Source: an uncultured bacterium (GTDB taxonomy: Bacteria; Acidobacteriota; HRBIN11; JAKEFK01). Taken from it: DNA of 64,000 nucleotides. The translations under genes and the position numbers were made by a program. Positions within the stretch are counted from its first letter, which is position 1; the number at the start of each line of letters is the position of its first letter. Positions 1-10,326 of this stretch are shown here, one piece after another. Location: contig CAVZQN010000005.1 in NCBI GenBank assembly GCA_963777505.1, forward strand, positions 1-64,000, written 5' to 3'. The notes beneath the pieces are model-generated. The model searched no databases, was not told the DNA's origin, and worked only from the letters and a program-made list of their open reading frames with translations.

Positions 1-691
1 CAGTTGTGGCTCCAAGGCCATACACGTCTGTGCGTCTGTCAAGATGATCTCGTTCACCGCTGACCTGTTCTGGCGCCATGTAGTAAGGAGTGCCAACTGC
101 TACACCAGTTCTGGTTAAACCAGGCGTTTCTTGATCACGCGCTAATCCGAAATCCAGTACATACGGTTTCGATTCATTACCTTCTGTGAGCTCCAACATA
201 ATGTTGGATGGTTTCACATCACGATGGATCAACCCATGCTTGTGAGCTGCGTGTAAAGCCTCTGCAATCTGCTTGATCACTTTAACCTTTACTTCGGTTG
301 ACATATCTTTAGAAGCCGCAGACAAGCTTTGGCCTTCAATGAATTGCATCGCAATATATTTCTTTCCGTCTACCTCACCAACTTCGTAAACCTGGCAGAC
401 ATTTTCATGTTGAACGCGAGCCTGAGCGCGTGCTTCATTTACAAAGCGCAGTGCATGATCAGGATTTTCGGTTCGAATCAGTTTTAAGGCAGCAAAGCGC
501 TTCAAGGCAGGATCATAGGCTTTGTAGACAATTCCCATTCCACCCGATCCGAGTTTCCCGGCGATTTCATAGTGTCCAAAACGTTCTTTCAGGATCTGGG
601 AGGAATCGGAAAATTCACTAACGGGACCTTCAAGCGTTTGCGCTTCTGATTGTGCGGCAGGATCCTCTGATTTATGATCTTCTTCGCTCAT
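1..691 (-). CDS. Hanks-type Ser/Thr protein kinase, N-terminal part; runs off the left edge
   Basis: Manual translation from ATG 691: MSEEDHK...LGSGGMGIVY...ALK...HRDVKPSNIML...DFGLAR...GTPYYMAPEQ...DVYGLG. Close paralog of the kinase domain at 11640-15065. Not in the ORF track. Confidence 0.93.
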   Translation of the reverse strand, partial: MSEEDHKSEDPAAQSEAQTLEGPVSEFSDSSQILKERFGHYEIAGKLGSGGMGIVYKAYDPALKRFAALKLIRTENPDHALRFVNEARAQARVQHENVCQVYEVGEVDGKKYIAMQFIEGQSLSAASKDMSTEVKVKVIKQIAEALHAAHKHGLIHRDVKPSNIMLELTEGNESKPYVLDFGLARDQETPGLTRTGVAVGTPYYMAPEQVSGERDHLDRRTDVYGLGATT

Positions 692-826
692 CGAATGAAC
701 CTGTTGAAGAGGGCATGATACCACGCTTCGAAGTCAAGGCATTTTTCTGAATGTTGGCTTAAGACGTCGATCGCAACAGCATTAAATTCAGTTGGCTATC
801 CGGATCGAATACAGCGATAGCGCGGG

Positions 827-1666
827 TCACGAAGAAGTCTGATAATCAGCAATTACCGCAGTAATGTTATCGGGTCCGCCATGATTCAACGCAGCTTGAA
901 TTAAGGCATCACATGCTTGCTGTGGATCGGAGATACGCTGGAGGATTCCCTCGATTTCAGGAAGATCTACTGGATTTGTCAGCCCATCAGTGCAAAGAAG
1001 CAAACGGTCATTATGGTTTAAAATCAGTTGATGAATTTCTCCTTTTACTCCTGCTTCCTTTCCACCAAGTACGTTCACTACAATGTTGCGCATATGATGA
1101 TGCTTCGCATCCTCTTGTGAAATAGCGCCGGAATCTACCAGCATCTGTGTAACAGTATGATCCTTTGTGATTTGCTGTAATTTATTGTTTCGGAAAAGAT
1201 ATGCGCGTGAATCGCCGACATGAGTAATGACAAGATCCGGACCAAGAATGCGCGCCACTGTAAGTGTTGCTGCCATTCCAGACAAAGATGGTTGATTCTT
1301 AGATGCTTCAATAATGGCTTGATCGATCCCTCTCAGTCCTTTTTGTAAATCCTGGATTGCTTCCTGAGTTTCTTCAGGATTTTCATACCAGCGGAAGAAC
1401 CATTTTGCCGCTTCAACCATGTAACGCTGAACTTGCTGAATTACCATGGTGCTGGCCTGTTCTCCAGCGACAACACCTCCAATCCCATCCGAGACAACCA
1501 CTAAGTAAGCTGTCTGGCCAGTAAGCTCTTTGAGTTCCTCATTTGCTAAACTGGCTTGAAGAACTTCGAATAGTTTTGAAAGGCGGGCAAGCATGTATTG
1601 ATCTTCATTTGCTCTCCGAACCATGCCTATGTGAGTTGCAGAACCAAAAGTCACGCGTGTTTGCAT
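827..1666 (-). CDS. PP2C/PPM-family Ser/Thr phosphatase (PrpC/Stp1-like)
   Basis: Motifs RRANED, VSDGIGG, HVGDSRAY, LLCTDGL, GGPDNIT; co-oriented upstream of a kinase. Confidence 0.95.
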   Translation of the reverse strand: MQTRVTFGSATHIGMVRRANEDQYMLARLSKLFEVLQASLANEELKELTGQTAYLVVVSDGIGGVVAGEQASTMVIQQVQRYMVEAAKWFFRWYENPEETQEAIQDLQKGLRGIDQAIIEASKNQPSLSGMAATLTVARILGPDLVITHVGDSRAYLFRNNKLQQITKDHTVTQMLVDSGAISQEDAKHHHMRNIVVNVLGGKEAGVKGEIHQLILNHNDRLLLCTDGLTNPVDLPEIEGILQRISDPQQACDALIQAALNHGGPDNITAVIADYQTSS

Positions 1667-1786
1667 TCTTCTATCAAGTATACCCTATTGAAGAATACGT
1701 GTTGATGATCAGTTCCTTGGTAAACGCGTTTCCTATTCGTCTAAAGCCAAAGCTTTTCTGTTCGGAAACTCAGAATGATCCATTAA

Positions 1787-1811
1787 CGTTCACCCGCGAT
1801 TTGGTGCGTCT
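1787..1811 (+). promoter_or_regulatory. Putative alternative-sigma promoter, CGTTC-N15-CGTCT family, copy 1
   Basis: CGTTCAC-CCGCGATTTG-GTGCGTCT, ending ~38 nt before ATG 1849; same spacing at four other sites. Confidence 0.7.
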
Positions 1812-1848
1812 GTATTTAATGAGAACAGACTTTTCTCGGAGGCTATGC

Positions 1849-3193
1849 ATGGCAACGACAATTGGCGACACGCAACCGCGCAATATTTCATCGAACAATA
1901 TTCCGGATACGATTGGTGCAGAAACAACGGAAACTACAGCTCCGGCAACGACCGCCGGCTGAACCAAAGGTCGATGCACGACAGGCTGAAGGATCCAAGC
2001 AGCACGCAAACGACAATAAGCCGCAATATGACGTCCGTGCTGGGCAAATTCGGCAACAATTGGATCAGGCTTATAAGAACTCGATGCCCAATACTCCGGA
2101 TACCAGTTTCGGTGCTCCGCAACAGTTCGCGGGGGATGCCAACAAAAATGGTAGCAGCGGCGGTGTTGGCGCTCAAAAAACCGCAGCACCGAAAACGACC
2201 AACGTCGACGTAAAGCAGTCCAACGTTAGCAGCAAGCCGCCCCAGACGTATGACATCACGAAAGTCACGCCTCAACAGATTCAGGAACTGCGCAACAAAA
2301 AGCAGGATCAGCTTGCGAATACGATTGAGAACGCTCAGATCGCCTACGACGATTTCGTGAAAGCGAATCCGGGCGTCAAGGTGATCGTCACCACCAGTGA
2401 AGGGAACGGTGGCAAGCCGGTGCTCGTAGTTAAGGGCGCGGCTGCAGATAAGGACGCGCACGTACATACACACTACCATGGTGACAATGCAACGGTCGGC
2501 GATCCGTTGGGTTCAAAGGCTGGACAGAACGCGCGTATCAGGGACACGCTGAAGAAGGATCCGCACGCCGTATTCGTGCTACCCGAGGCAGCGAACTCGA
2601 CTAAAAAGACTGACTCCTCTTCGAACAACAACTCTTATAGCGTCAGCTGGTCTAACGTGAAGAGCCAGGTGAAGACGACCAACGACGCGCTGGATGCTGC
2701 CGGTGTTCAGAGACCACCAAAGGAAACCGTGGTGTCGTTCCACTCTGGCGGCGGAATGGCACTGGTCAATCTGGTGAACGCGAACAAAGATAAAGGCAAC
2801 GCCACGCTTCAAGCAGACCGTCTGGAACTGTACGATTCGGTCTATCATTTCGGCAAGGAAAACAATCCTGCGTACCACTTCGAAGCACGTCTGCGCGATT
2901 GGAGCCAGACCGATAGCGGCAGGGCAGTCCAACAGGTGGTCTTCTATCGCGGTAGCAATGATATCTCACGCGCCGCGGTCATGGAGAAAGCTGTGGGAAA
3001 GGATAAATTTAAGGTGGTCGACATGTCCAAGCAGCCGCCTGTTGATGATACGATCAATCCACCAGCGGAGAATTCGAACGGCAACTGGACGGAAGTCGTG
3101 CGCAACGGCAAACAGACGGGGAAAGTCGCGCACAATTTCAACCCCGACGCCCATTACCGGACCGTCGGCCAGTTTATGGGAACCCGCCCGTGA
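1849..3193 (+). CDS. Orphan leader-motif protein with C-terminal alpha/beta-hydrolase-like domain; frameshift near 1950
   Basis: GGAGG RBS 1838-1842 then ATG 1849 (MATTIGDTQP...), stop at 1960-1962; continues in the 1862 frame (PPAEPK...). HTHYHG and VSFHSGGG (nucleophile-elbow-like) motifs. Visibly higher GC than flanks. Confidence 0.7.
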
Positions 3194-3289
3194 CGGCGCT
3201 TGATGCCGCTACCATCGCGCGGCGTAACCGCAACTGCAGTGCAGGTGTAGTCGGACTTCACTAAGAACAAGCATAGAGTCGTTTCCGAA

Positions 3290-5944
3290 TCATAGGCCCG
3301 GGACATTTTCTACGCGCACCAAACTGAAGAGGAGTTCCAATTCTGACAGTGTGATGAATTTGCCATCCGGTGAAATCGCAAAAGTTTCCGTTTGTTTAAA
3401 CGGATCGAATCCGGCAATAGCGCGTCGTGTCGCGAATGTGTCTTTACCTGGAATAAAGTCCTGCGCGAAAATTCCAAGATCTCCTTGTTCGTTCGAGTCT
3501 ATGTAAGCAAGTGATTTTCCATCCGGCATCCAGCGACAACGACCTAAGGAACCAGCCAGCGTGTTTTGCTTTTTCGTTCCGCGTTTCGCTTTCGCTTCAA
3601 ACGGAATGGCATTTCCTGTTTCGATGTTGATAACATCGATGTATGCCGTGGGTCCCACTGCAAATTGTTTATACCAGGTGTACGCGATATGTTTGCCATC
3701 CGGTGAAACTTCGGGTTGTTGTGTGAGTCCGCTAAACAATTGTGTCGCTCCGGATCCATCCGGACGAATCTTCCAAATTCCAGTTTTTTTAGTATTGTAG
3801 GATGTGTATACAATCCATTGCTGATCCGGCGTCATCGTTGGATTTTCAGCATCCAATCCATCGTTTGTAATTCTGCGCGAATCGGTGCCATCTGATTTTG
3901 CCATCCAAATTTCAAAATGACCATCACGGTTTGAGCTCCAAAGAATGTGTTTGCCGTCGGGAGTATAAGCGGGATCCCAGTCATCCGCTGCGTCTTCCGT
4001 AATGCGTCTTACGGCGCCGGTTTCAATTGTGAGTTCCACAAGATCAAGATTTCCGCTTCCAATGGAGGAATACAAAATGCTTTTGCCGTCTGGCGAATAG
4101 ACAGGCTGACGATCAATGCTGTTTCCACGCGTGAACCACCAACCGGTTGCTTGCGATTCGTCCAGAGAGACTTGACGCAAGTTTTGTCGCCTGACAGCGG
4201 ATTGGAGCAGTAGCGTGTCCTGATCCAGTCTGTCCAGAACATCACCGCACGATGGAAACCAAAACAGCTTTCGAATCTTTTCGGTATCTATATCTTGAAG
4301 TACGATCGTTCCAGCTCCGCGCGAACTTCCGCTCGCGGCTATTGACCGCGGAACACCGTAAAGAATCTGATTGTTGGAAATCCAGATTGCGGCTGTTGGC
4401 CATGTGGAACGGAGCCAGCGCTTTTCCTTTGTCTTCGTATCTACTATAAGAATGGCATCCAAATTGATAGCATTGCCCGTCCAATTTCTAGTTGCAACGA
4501 TTCGATTACCGTCAGGTGACCAGCGGGGAAATTCAACCTGAATTTTTTCAATACGAGTCACCAGTTCCACTCCAGTTCCATCTACGTTCGCTGTAAATAC
4601 TGATGATTCTCCTGATTTCCACCGTAAGAATGCGATCTGTTTCCCATTAGGAGATAGGTCTGCAGAATGAACATCATCCAATATCTTTCTTTCTTCGCCG
4701 CCAAGAACTGAAATTCTGTAAAGCGAAGTGCCTGCTCCTTGTCTGCGAAGAAAAAAAATCGAAGAGCTATCCGCAGAGAATCTTGGATAGTCATCAGGTC
4801 CAGATGAAAGAACGACTTCGTTGTCGGCTGCTATTTGTTTCAACCAGATCCTGGGAGTTCCATCCCGGTCGGAGCGAAATGCGATCAGTTTACCGTCCGG
4901 CGAAACTGCTGGTGCCGAATCCTTCCCGGTGAAAGTTACCGTGAGCATTTCTAAAAGCTCTTGTGGTTTTGGTCTGAAATACCAGTACGCTGCCGCGACT
5001 CCAGCAAGAAAGGTGATCAAAAACAGTGATAGAAGCCACGGTCGAAAACGTTTGCCTGGTTGCGGCACTGCCGAAAGGGAAACGGAGCCCAAATCAGAAA
5101 TATGATCGCGAATCAATTGAAGATCGCGCGACAGATCCTGCGTGGAAGCGTATCGTTCATCCGGATCTTTAGCCATGCAACGATCCAGAACCCAGCGCAG
5201 AGCCAGCGGTATTTCCGGGTTTAGGGTGTGCACCGGTTCCGGCTCTTCCGTGATAATCGCTGCCATGCTTTCCACACCGGAGTCACGCTGAAAAGCACGT
5301 TTTCCAGTGATCATTTCGTAAAGAATCGTTCCGAATGAAAATTGATCGGCGCGAAAATCAACATCTTTCCCACTCACTTGCTCCGGAGACATATATCCAG
5401 GGGTTCCAACAATCGCGCCTGCTGAAGTCTGTGTCTGTAGATTCGATGCTTGATTTGTTGAAACGACGGTTATTTTTGCAAGTCCGAAATCCAATATTTT
5501 CAGCAAGCCATCTTTGGAGATCATCAGGTTCTCCGGCTTGAGATCGCGATGAACAATCCCGGCAGCGTGCGCTTTGGCGAGACCGTCCGCGAGCTGTGAA
5601 GCGAGGGTCACGATTCTTCGCAAACTTATTGGTCCCGCATCGAGTACAGCACGAAGACTCTTGCCTTCTACGAGCTCCATAGAAAGATAGGAGGTGGTAT
5701 CAGCGACACCTACATTGAAAATGGTAATGATATTGGGATGATTCAGAGCAGAAGCTGAACGCGCTTCCTGTTCGAAACGAGCCAGGCGTTCGCTATTTTC
5801 TGAAAATTCCGCCGGCAAGATTTTCAAAGCAACTTCACGGTCCAATCGCGTGTCACGCGCGCGATAGACTTCACCCATCGCTCCTGCGCCAATCGAGGAA
5901 ATTACTTCATAAGGCCCGATTTTTTTGCCGGGTGAGGTTGCCAT
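3290..5944 (-). CDS. Ser/Thr kinase with TM helix and TolB/PD40 beta-propeller sensor region
   Basis: GAGAMGEVY, HRDLKPEN, DFGLAK, GTPGYMSPEQ; hydrophobic segment; repeated SPDGK/YSPDG units. Confidence 0.95.
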   Translation of the reverse strand: MATSPGKKIGPYEVISSIGAGAMGEVYRARDTRLDREVALKILPAEFSENSERLARFEQEARSASALNHPNIITIFNVGVADTTSYLSMELVEGKSLRAVLDAGPISLRRIVTLASQLADGLAKAHAAGIVHRDLKPENLMISKDGLLKILDFGLAKITVVSTNQASNLQTQTSAGAIVGTPGYMSPEQVSGKDVDFRADQFSFGTILYEMITGKRAFQRDSGVESMAAIITEEPEPVHTLNPEIPLALRWVLDRCMAKDPDERYASTQDLSRDLQLIRDHISDLGSVSLSAVPQPGKRFRPWLLSLFLITFLAGVAAAYWYFRPKPQELLEMLTVTFTGKDSAPAVSPDGKLIAFRSDRDGTPRIWLKQIAADNEVVLSSGPDDYPRFSADSSSIFFLRRQGAGTSLYRISVLGGEERKILDDVHSADLSPNGKQIAFLRWKSGESSVFTANVDGTGVELVTRIEKIQVEFPRWSPDGNRIVATRNWTGNAINLDAILIVDTKTKEKRWLRSTWPTAAIWISNNQILYGVPRSIAASGSSRGAGTIVLQDIDTEKIRKLFWFPSCGDVLDRLDQDTLLLQSAVRRQNLRQVSLDESQATGWWFTRGNSIDRQPVYSPDGKSILYSSIGSGNLDLVELTIETGAVRRITEDAADDWDPAYTPDGKHILWSSNRDGHFEIWMAKSDGTDSRRITNDGLDAENPTMTPDQQWIVYTSYNTKKTGIWKIRPDGSGATQLFSGLTQQPEVSPDGKHIAYTWYKQFAVGPTAYIDVINIETGNAIPFEAKAKRGTKKQNTLAGSLGRCRWMPDGKSLAYIDSNEQGDLGIFAQDFIPGKDTFATRRAIAGFDPFKQTETFAISPDGKFITLSELELLFSLVRVENVPGL

Positions 5945-6091
5945 CGCGACATTATACTACCCGAAAAATTGTCTTCATTTTTGACCCGGCTTTTCCTTTC
6001 GCTCGCTCTAATAGCTTAAGTATCATGCCTGTTGCCTCGCGTGAATCACTCTGTTCCATAATTTTCATCCAAACAAATACACAAGGCAGGC

Positions 6092-6126
6092 TAGCGTTTT
6101 CGCCACAAGATTTCTCTTTTTTGCCA
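6092..6126 (+). promoter_or_regulatory. Candidate tandem upstream activator site for a sigma54 enhancer-binding protein
   Basis: TAGCGTTTTCGCCA-CAAGATT-TCTCTTTTTTGCCA; aligns with 10184-10217 and lies at the same distance from a -24/-12 promoter. Confidence 0.6.
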
Positions 6127-6169
6127 ATTTCTTATGTGTTCATCTTCCGATTCCCGACTGAATGTCATA

Positions 6170-6185
6170 TGGCACATGCATTGCT
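6170..6185 (+). promoter_or_regulatory. Sigma54 (RpoN) -24/-12 promoter
   Basis: TGGCAC-ATGCA-TTGCT, an exact TGGCAC-N5-TTGCW match, just upstream of RBS GGAGG 6201-6205. Confidence 0.85.
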
Positions 6186-6211
6186 CATACGAGAAGTGCA
6201 GGAGGAACATG

Positions 6212-6661
6212 ATGAACACAATTTCGCACGATACTGTTGCAGAAGTTCTTGGTTTGAAGACCCGGCAAATGGCGGCACTGGTGCTTACTGGATATCGACT
6301 CTATCAACAAGGACACACTCAGGATGCTGCAAGAATATTTGAAGGGATTGCAGTTTTAGACAGCAGTAACCCTTACGTTCAAGGTATTCTCGGATCGATT
6401 TACCAAAAGCTGGAGGAATTTGAGCCTGCAATAGTCCGCTATAACAACGCGTTGAGCATTTTCCCCGGTGATATCAATTCGCTTACAAATCGCGGAGAGA
6501 TTTATTTGAAGCTTGGAAGATTTCAAGAAGCAGCGGAAGATTTCAAACATGCGATTCAACTTGATCCGGAACGGCAACATCCTGCTGCAAACCGCGCACG
6601 TCTTCTGATAGCGCTGGTTCAAGATGCTCTTACAGTGGCGAAAAAGAAAGAGCAGCAGTGA
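6212..6661 (+). CDS. Small TPR protein, SycD/LcrH (class II T3SS chaperone)-like
   Basis: ~150 aa with three TPRs (GYRLYQQG...AARIFEG...LD; LGSIYQ; NRGEIYLKLGRFQEA). Start re-called at RBS-supported ATG (6209 or 6212). Confidence 0.75.
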   Translation: MNTISHDTVAEVLGLKTRQMAALVLTGYRLYQQGHTQDAARIFEGIAVLDSSNPYVQGILGSIYQKLEEFEPAIVRYNNALSIFPGDINSLTNRGEIYLKLGRFQEAAEDFKHAIQLDPERQHPAANRARLLIALVQDALTVAKKKEQQ

Positions 6662-6716
6662 TTGAAATATTCCCAAGCAATAGGAAAAAACAAAATAAGC
6701 AAAATGGAGAATTCAA

Positions 6717-8314
6717 ATGGAAATTATTGGAAGGAACATACCATCATTTCAGACTGCAATTGCATCGGTAGCTTCAGGAATTCAAGAAAGCACGCAGGTA
6801 AAAGGACTGGCAGCAATCAACAGTGCGTTTGAAACGTTTTCCGCACCAAGTTTTGGCGCTCTCGGTGCTCCGGAGTCATTGACAAGTGTTGCTGATGTTG
6901 CGCAATTTCCAGAGCCCACTCAATATTTTCAAGCGAACTCATCTGCTTCAGCTAATCCCAAATTTGATTCGCGGGAATTTGCAGCCGTCATCAACGACAA
7001 AAATTTTAGTCCGCTAAATGAGCTCTCGCGTTTGGGAGAAAACAGCTTATTTCAACGTGGAATTATCATTGTTGGTGGTAAAAGTTCCAGGCGCCGATAA
7101 TATCGATCATTTAAGCTTTCCGCCGGATCCAATCGTTCCACACCCTCAGCCAGCCAAGCTGACCTCAACAAATTCTGGATCCAATGCGGCATATGCATAC
7201 GGTCCCGAATTGAACGGGAGCGTAAAACCGAATGAAGTAATTCAGGAAGCAATGGAAAAAGGTAAGCAGCCACTTACGCAAAAAGAACCCGAGTATGTCT
7301 ATGCGAATGGCCAACTTCCTGGAGTGAACCCAGAAACCTTTGAGAAGCTTAAAGATTTCTTCAAATCTTATGCAGAAAAGTCAGGTGCTGTATTGGAAGG
7401 ACGAGCCGATCAGACTGAAACAATTAAAAAGGCCTCAGAAAAGGCAGGCAATGCAGGTGTAAACAAAGATTTGCTTGACCAATTTCCGCCAATTCCTTCT
7501 TTAGAAAATCCATTGCTGAATTTAAGAGTGCAAGGGAGTACAGAGCAAAACGGACCAGTGCAGAATGCAATGGAAAAAGCGAAACCTTCATATACTCCAA
7601 AAGAGCCGGAATATCTTTACCCAACACCTCAGGGAATTAAACCTGGCGGCAACTCTCCCGGTGGAGTTCTTAACGAGCACCTTAGCGATCCTAAGTTTGG
7701 AGAGCCAAATCCACTGCTTAATATACCGTTGCAAGGTAGTGCTCAGCAAAATGAAACAGTGCAGGATGCAACGGAAAAAGCGAAACATCCTTTTGAATCA
7801 GGTGAACCGGAATATCTTGATCCGAGACATGAAATACACAAAGCCGGATGGGGAGTACATGTATTCACAGCACGAAATCGATGATTTTTATAAGAAATTC
7901 AATCCGCTCTCTCCTGAAAGGCTTGATGGAATGATGAAGGGAGAACTGCATGACAGCGCCAAACAAAATGAATCAATAGCAAATGAAATGGAAAAAGCAA
8001 AACCTTCCTACGTTCCAAAGGAACCCGAATACTTACAAGGTGACCTGCCACCGGCGAACCATTCTCAAAGTACGTCCGCGAGTGATGCAGATCAGCGAGG
8101 AATCATTATTGTAGGAGGGAAGAGCCAGGGCACATATTTCGAGACAATTGATGACACGCTCGCGAAAATGAATCAGAACCCGCAACCTGAGACGGTTCAG
8201 CTTTATCAGCAGCAAGTTGGCGCATTGCAAGATTTGTCCGCAACAGTTCAGCAGTCGATTCAAATGAATCAACAGCTAACGTCTGCGACATTAATGAGCA
8301 GATTCCGGGTGTGA
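6717..8314 (+). CDS. Orphan repeat protein of ~530 aa, split by two frameshifts (~7081 and ~7826); candidate chaperone client
   Basis: Three overlapping ORFs join into one reading: GIIIVGGK|VPGADN and EPEYLDP|DMKYTK. Four EKAKxxxxxKEPEY repeats, two QRGIIIVGGK motifs, Q-rich helical C-terminus. Confidence 0.7.
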
Positions 8315-8315
8315 T

Positions 8316-10151
8316 TTACTTTTTTAAAAGGTTCGTAAGTTTCAATTCGCGGACCAAACGATAAAGATGGGCTGTATGAATTCCAAGTTTTGCTGCAGCT
8401 GAGTTAAAGTTGGAATCGGTCTCTTCAAGAGCTTTTAGAATTAATGCCTTTTTGTGTTCGTTGACAGACTCATGCAGGTTTTTTGCAGTGCTCGAAGAAG
8501 ATTCTTCCACTGCCATCATTGATTCCGGTAGATCTTCGGGAAGAATCATTTCTGTGGAGCCGAGCAGAATGGCGCGTTCGATCACATTTTCCAATTCACG
8601 TACATTCCCCGGCCAGGGATAATGCAGCAAAAGTTGCTGTGCTTCTGGTGAAATCCCGCCAACCTGGCGTGTTAGTTTTTTATTGAATTTTGAAATCAGG
8701 TACCGTGCAAGAAGTAAAATGTCATCTCCAAGTGCGCGCAATGGCGGCATCTTTAATCCAACCACATTGAGCCTGTAATAAAGATCCTGCCGGAATTGTC
8801 CATCTTTTGATGACTTTTCAAGATCTCGATTCGTGGCAGCAAGCAAACGGATGTCAGTTTTAATGGTTCGAGTGCCGCCAACACGTTCAAACTCGCGTTC
8901 CTGCAAAACGCGCAATAATTTTGCCTGAAGATTGGAATTGAGTTCGCCAATTTCATCAAGAAAAAGAGTGCCTCCATCGGCCAGTTCCAGTTTCCCCTGC
9001 TTTTGTGAAATAGCTCCCGTAAAAGCGCCCTTTTCGTGTCCAAATAATTCGCTTTCTATTAACCCTTCCGGAAGGGCAGCACAGTTAATCGCAACAAAGG
9101 GCTGATTCGCTCGCGGACTATTTTCATGAATGGCACGCGCCGCAACTTCCTTTCCTGTTCCACTCTCACCGGTAATCAAAACAGTCGTGTCTGCTGCAGC
9201 GATTTTGCTAATCATATCGATTACTTGTTTCATCGGCTTACTTTCTCCGATGAGCTCTCGCTCCATCCTTAGTTCTCCCACGAGCTGTTTTGTTTTCTCT
9301 TTTAATGCCTGGAGATCTTGAATATTTTTGATCGCCGGTGCGGCAATACCAGCAATTGCAGTGACTATCTGCAAATGGTTTTCATCCAATTGCACAGGAA
9401 TTCCGAAAGTATCCAGATAGAGCACTCCCAATATTTTTTCGAAAAGAACGAAGGGTGCACAAACCACTGATGATAATGGTGCAGCGTTATCGGATAACTG
9501 TAGGTCAGCGAGCAATCCATTTTTCTTTTCAATCACCTGCTCAATAGTTTGTTTATTGATTCGAAATGCTTTCTGTTCTTTTTGCTTTTGTTTCTGGCAC
9601 AACAATTCCAATTCTTCTGAATGATTTTTCTTAAGCAGGATCGCTCCACGCGTGCACGGGAGGTTATCAAATATCAGATCCAATAATTTATTTCCCAATG
9701 AATCCAGATCTTGAATGAAGGCAATCGTATTGCTAATGCTCAGCAACAAGCTGAGTTCTTGTGGACTTCTAACGCGGCTCGGCGTGCTGTCCCATCGAGT
9801 TGTTACGATTGATCTTGCACTGAGCGCTTCATCTGAAAAGGAAAGATCGGCCCGCGCTAACTCTTCATGTTCTACGAACAACAACAAGGATGCACCGAAT
9901 TCAATGCGATCTCCGTGTTGAAGTACTCGATGCCTGACAGGGATACCGTTCAGCAAAACACCATTGGTGCTATTCAAGTCAACCAGGGCATAAGTGTTAC
10001 CTTCTTTCTGAATCGAACAATGTCTGCGGGAAAGACGGAGGTCTGCAATCCTCAGGCGATTCGAACTGTCGCGACCAATCGTGATTTCGTCTTCGTTCAG
10101 TTCAACTGTTGTTCCTTTTAATGGTCCAAGAACAGCATAAAGTGCAGGCAT
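8316..10151 (-). CDS. Sigma54-dependent enhancer-binding protein, FHA-GAF-AAA+-HTH
   Basis: FHA (IGR...SRRH...DLNSTNG), GAF-like middle, [38 protein letters not shown], Fis-type HTH. Confidence 0.96.
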   Translation of the reverse strand: MPALYAVLGPLKGTTVELNEDEITIGRDSSNRLRIADLRLSRRHCSIQKEGNTYALVDLNSTNGVLLNGIPVRHRVLQHGDRIEFGASLLLFVEHEELARADLSFSDEALSARSIVTTRWDSTPSRVRSPQELSLLLSISNTIAFIQDLDSLGNKLLDLIFDNLPCTRGAILLKKNHSEELELLCQKQKQKEQKAFRINKQTIEQVIEKKNGLLADLQLSDNAAPLSSVVCAPFVLFEKILGVLYLDTFGIPVQLDENHLQIVTAIAGIAAPAIKNIQDLQALKEKTKQLVGELRMERELIGESKPMKQVIDMISKIAAADTTVLITGESGTGKEVAARAIHENSPRANQPFVAINCAALPEGLIESELFGHEKGAFTGAISQKQGKLELADGGTLFLDEIGELNSNLQAKLLRVLQEREFERVGGTRTIKTDIRLLAATNRDLEKSSKDGQFRQDLYYRLNVVGLKMPPLRALGDDILLLARYLISKFNKKLTRQVGGISPEAQQLLLHYPWPGNVRELENVIERAILLGSTEMILPEDLPESMMAVEESSSSTAKNLHESVNEHKKALILKALEETDSNFNSAAAKLGIHTAHLYRLVRELKLTNLLKK

Positions 10152-10183
10152 AACGATCTAAGCTCATTATAGCCTGCGGTCTC

Positions 10184-10217
10184 TGGCATAAATGCCACAA
10201 ATTTCGCAATTTTGCTA
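10184..10217 (+). promoter_or_regulatory. Candidate tandem upstream activator site
   Basis: TGGCATAAATGCCA-CAAATT-TCGCAATTTTGCTA; first half is a near-perfect palindrome. Confidence 0.6.
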
Positions 10218-10261
10218 TTAATCACGTATATACTCTGGTGCTCCCTCGACGTGAACTATCC

Positions 10262-10277
10262 TGGCTAATCATTTGCT
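10262..10277 (+). promoter_or_regulatory. Sigma54 -24/-12 promoter
   Basis: TGGCTA-ATCAT-TTGCT (GG-N10-GC), ~50 nt upstream of ATG 10327. Confidence 0.75.
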
Positions 10278-10326
10278 ATTTCCTCTTGCGGAAAGAAACC
10301 ACCCATAAGGTTGAGGAGGAGTTACG

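Noticed and set aside
1770-3203. Multiple overlapping ORFs on both strands (1770-2189, 1845-2213, 1934-2479, 2579-2932 and others)
   Set aside because: Shadow ORFs of a GC-rich gene, with no recognisable motifs.
7070-7100. Programmed ribosomal frameshifting at the split genes
   Set aside because: No consistent slippery heptamer or downstream structure; shifts go in both directions and also hit a conserved histidine kinase.
6717-8314. Repeat protein as a multi-core RiPP precursor with GG cleavage sites
   Set aside because: No modifying enzymes or peptidase-transporter nearby; the neighbours are a TPR protein and a regulator.
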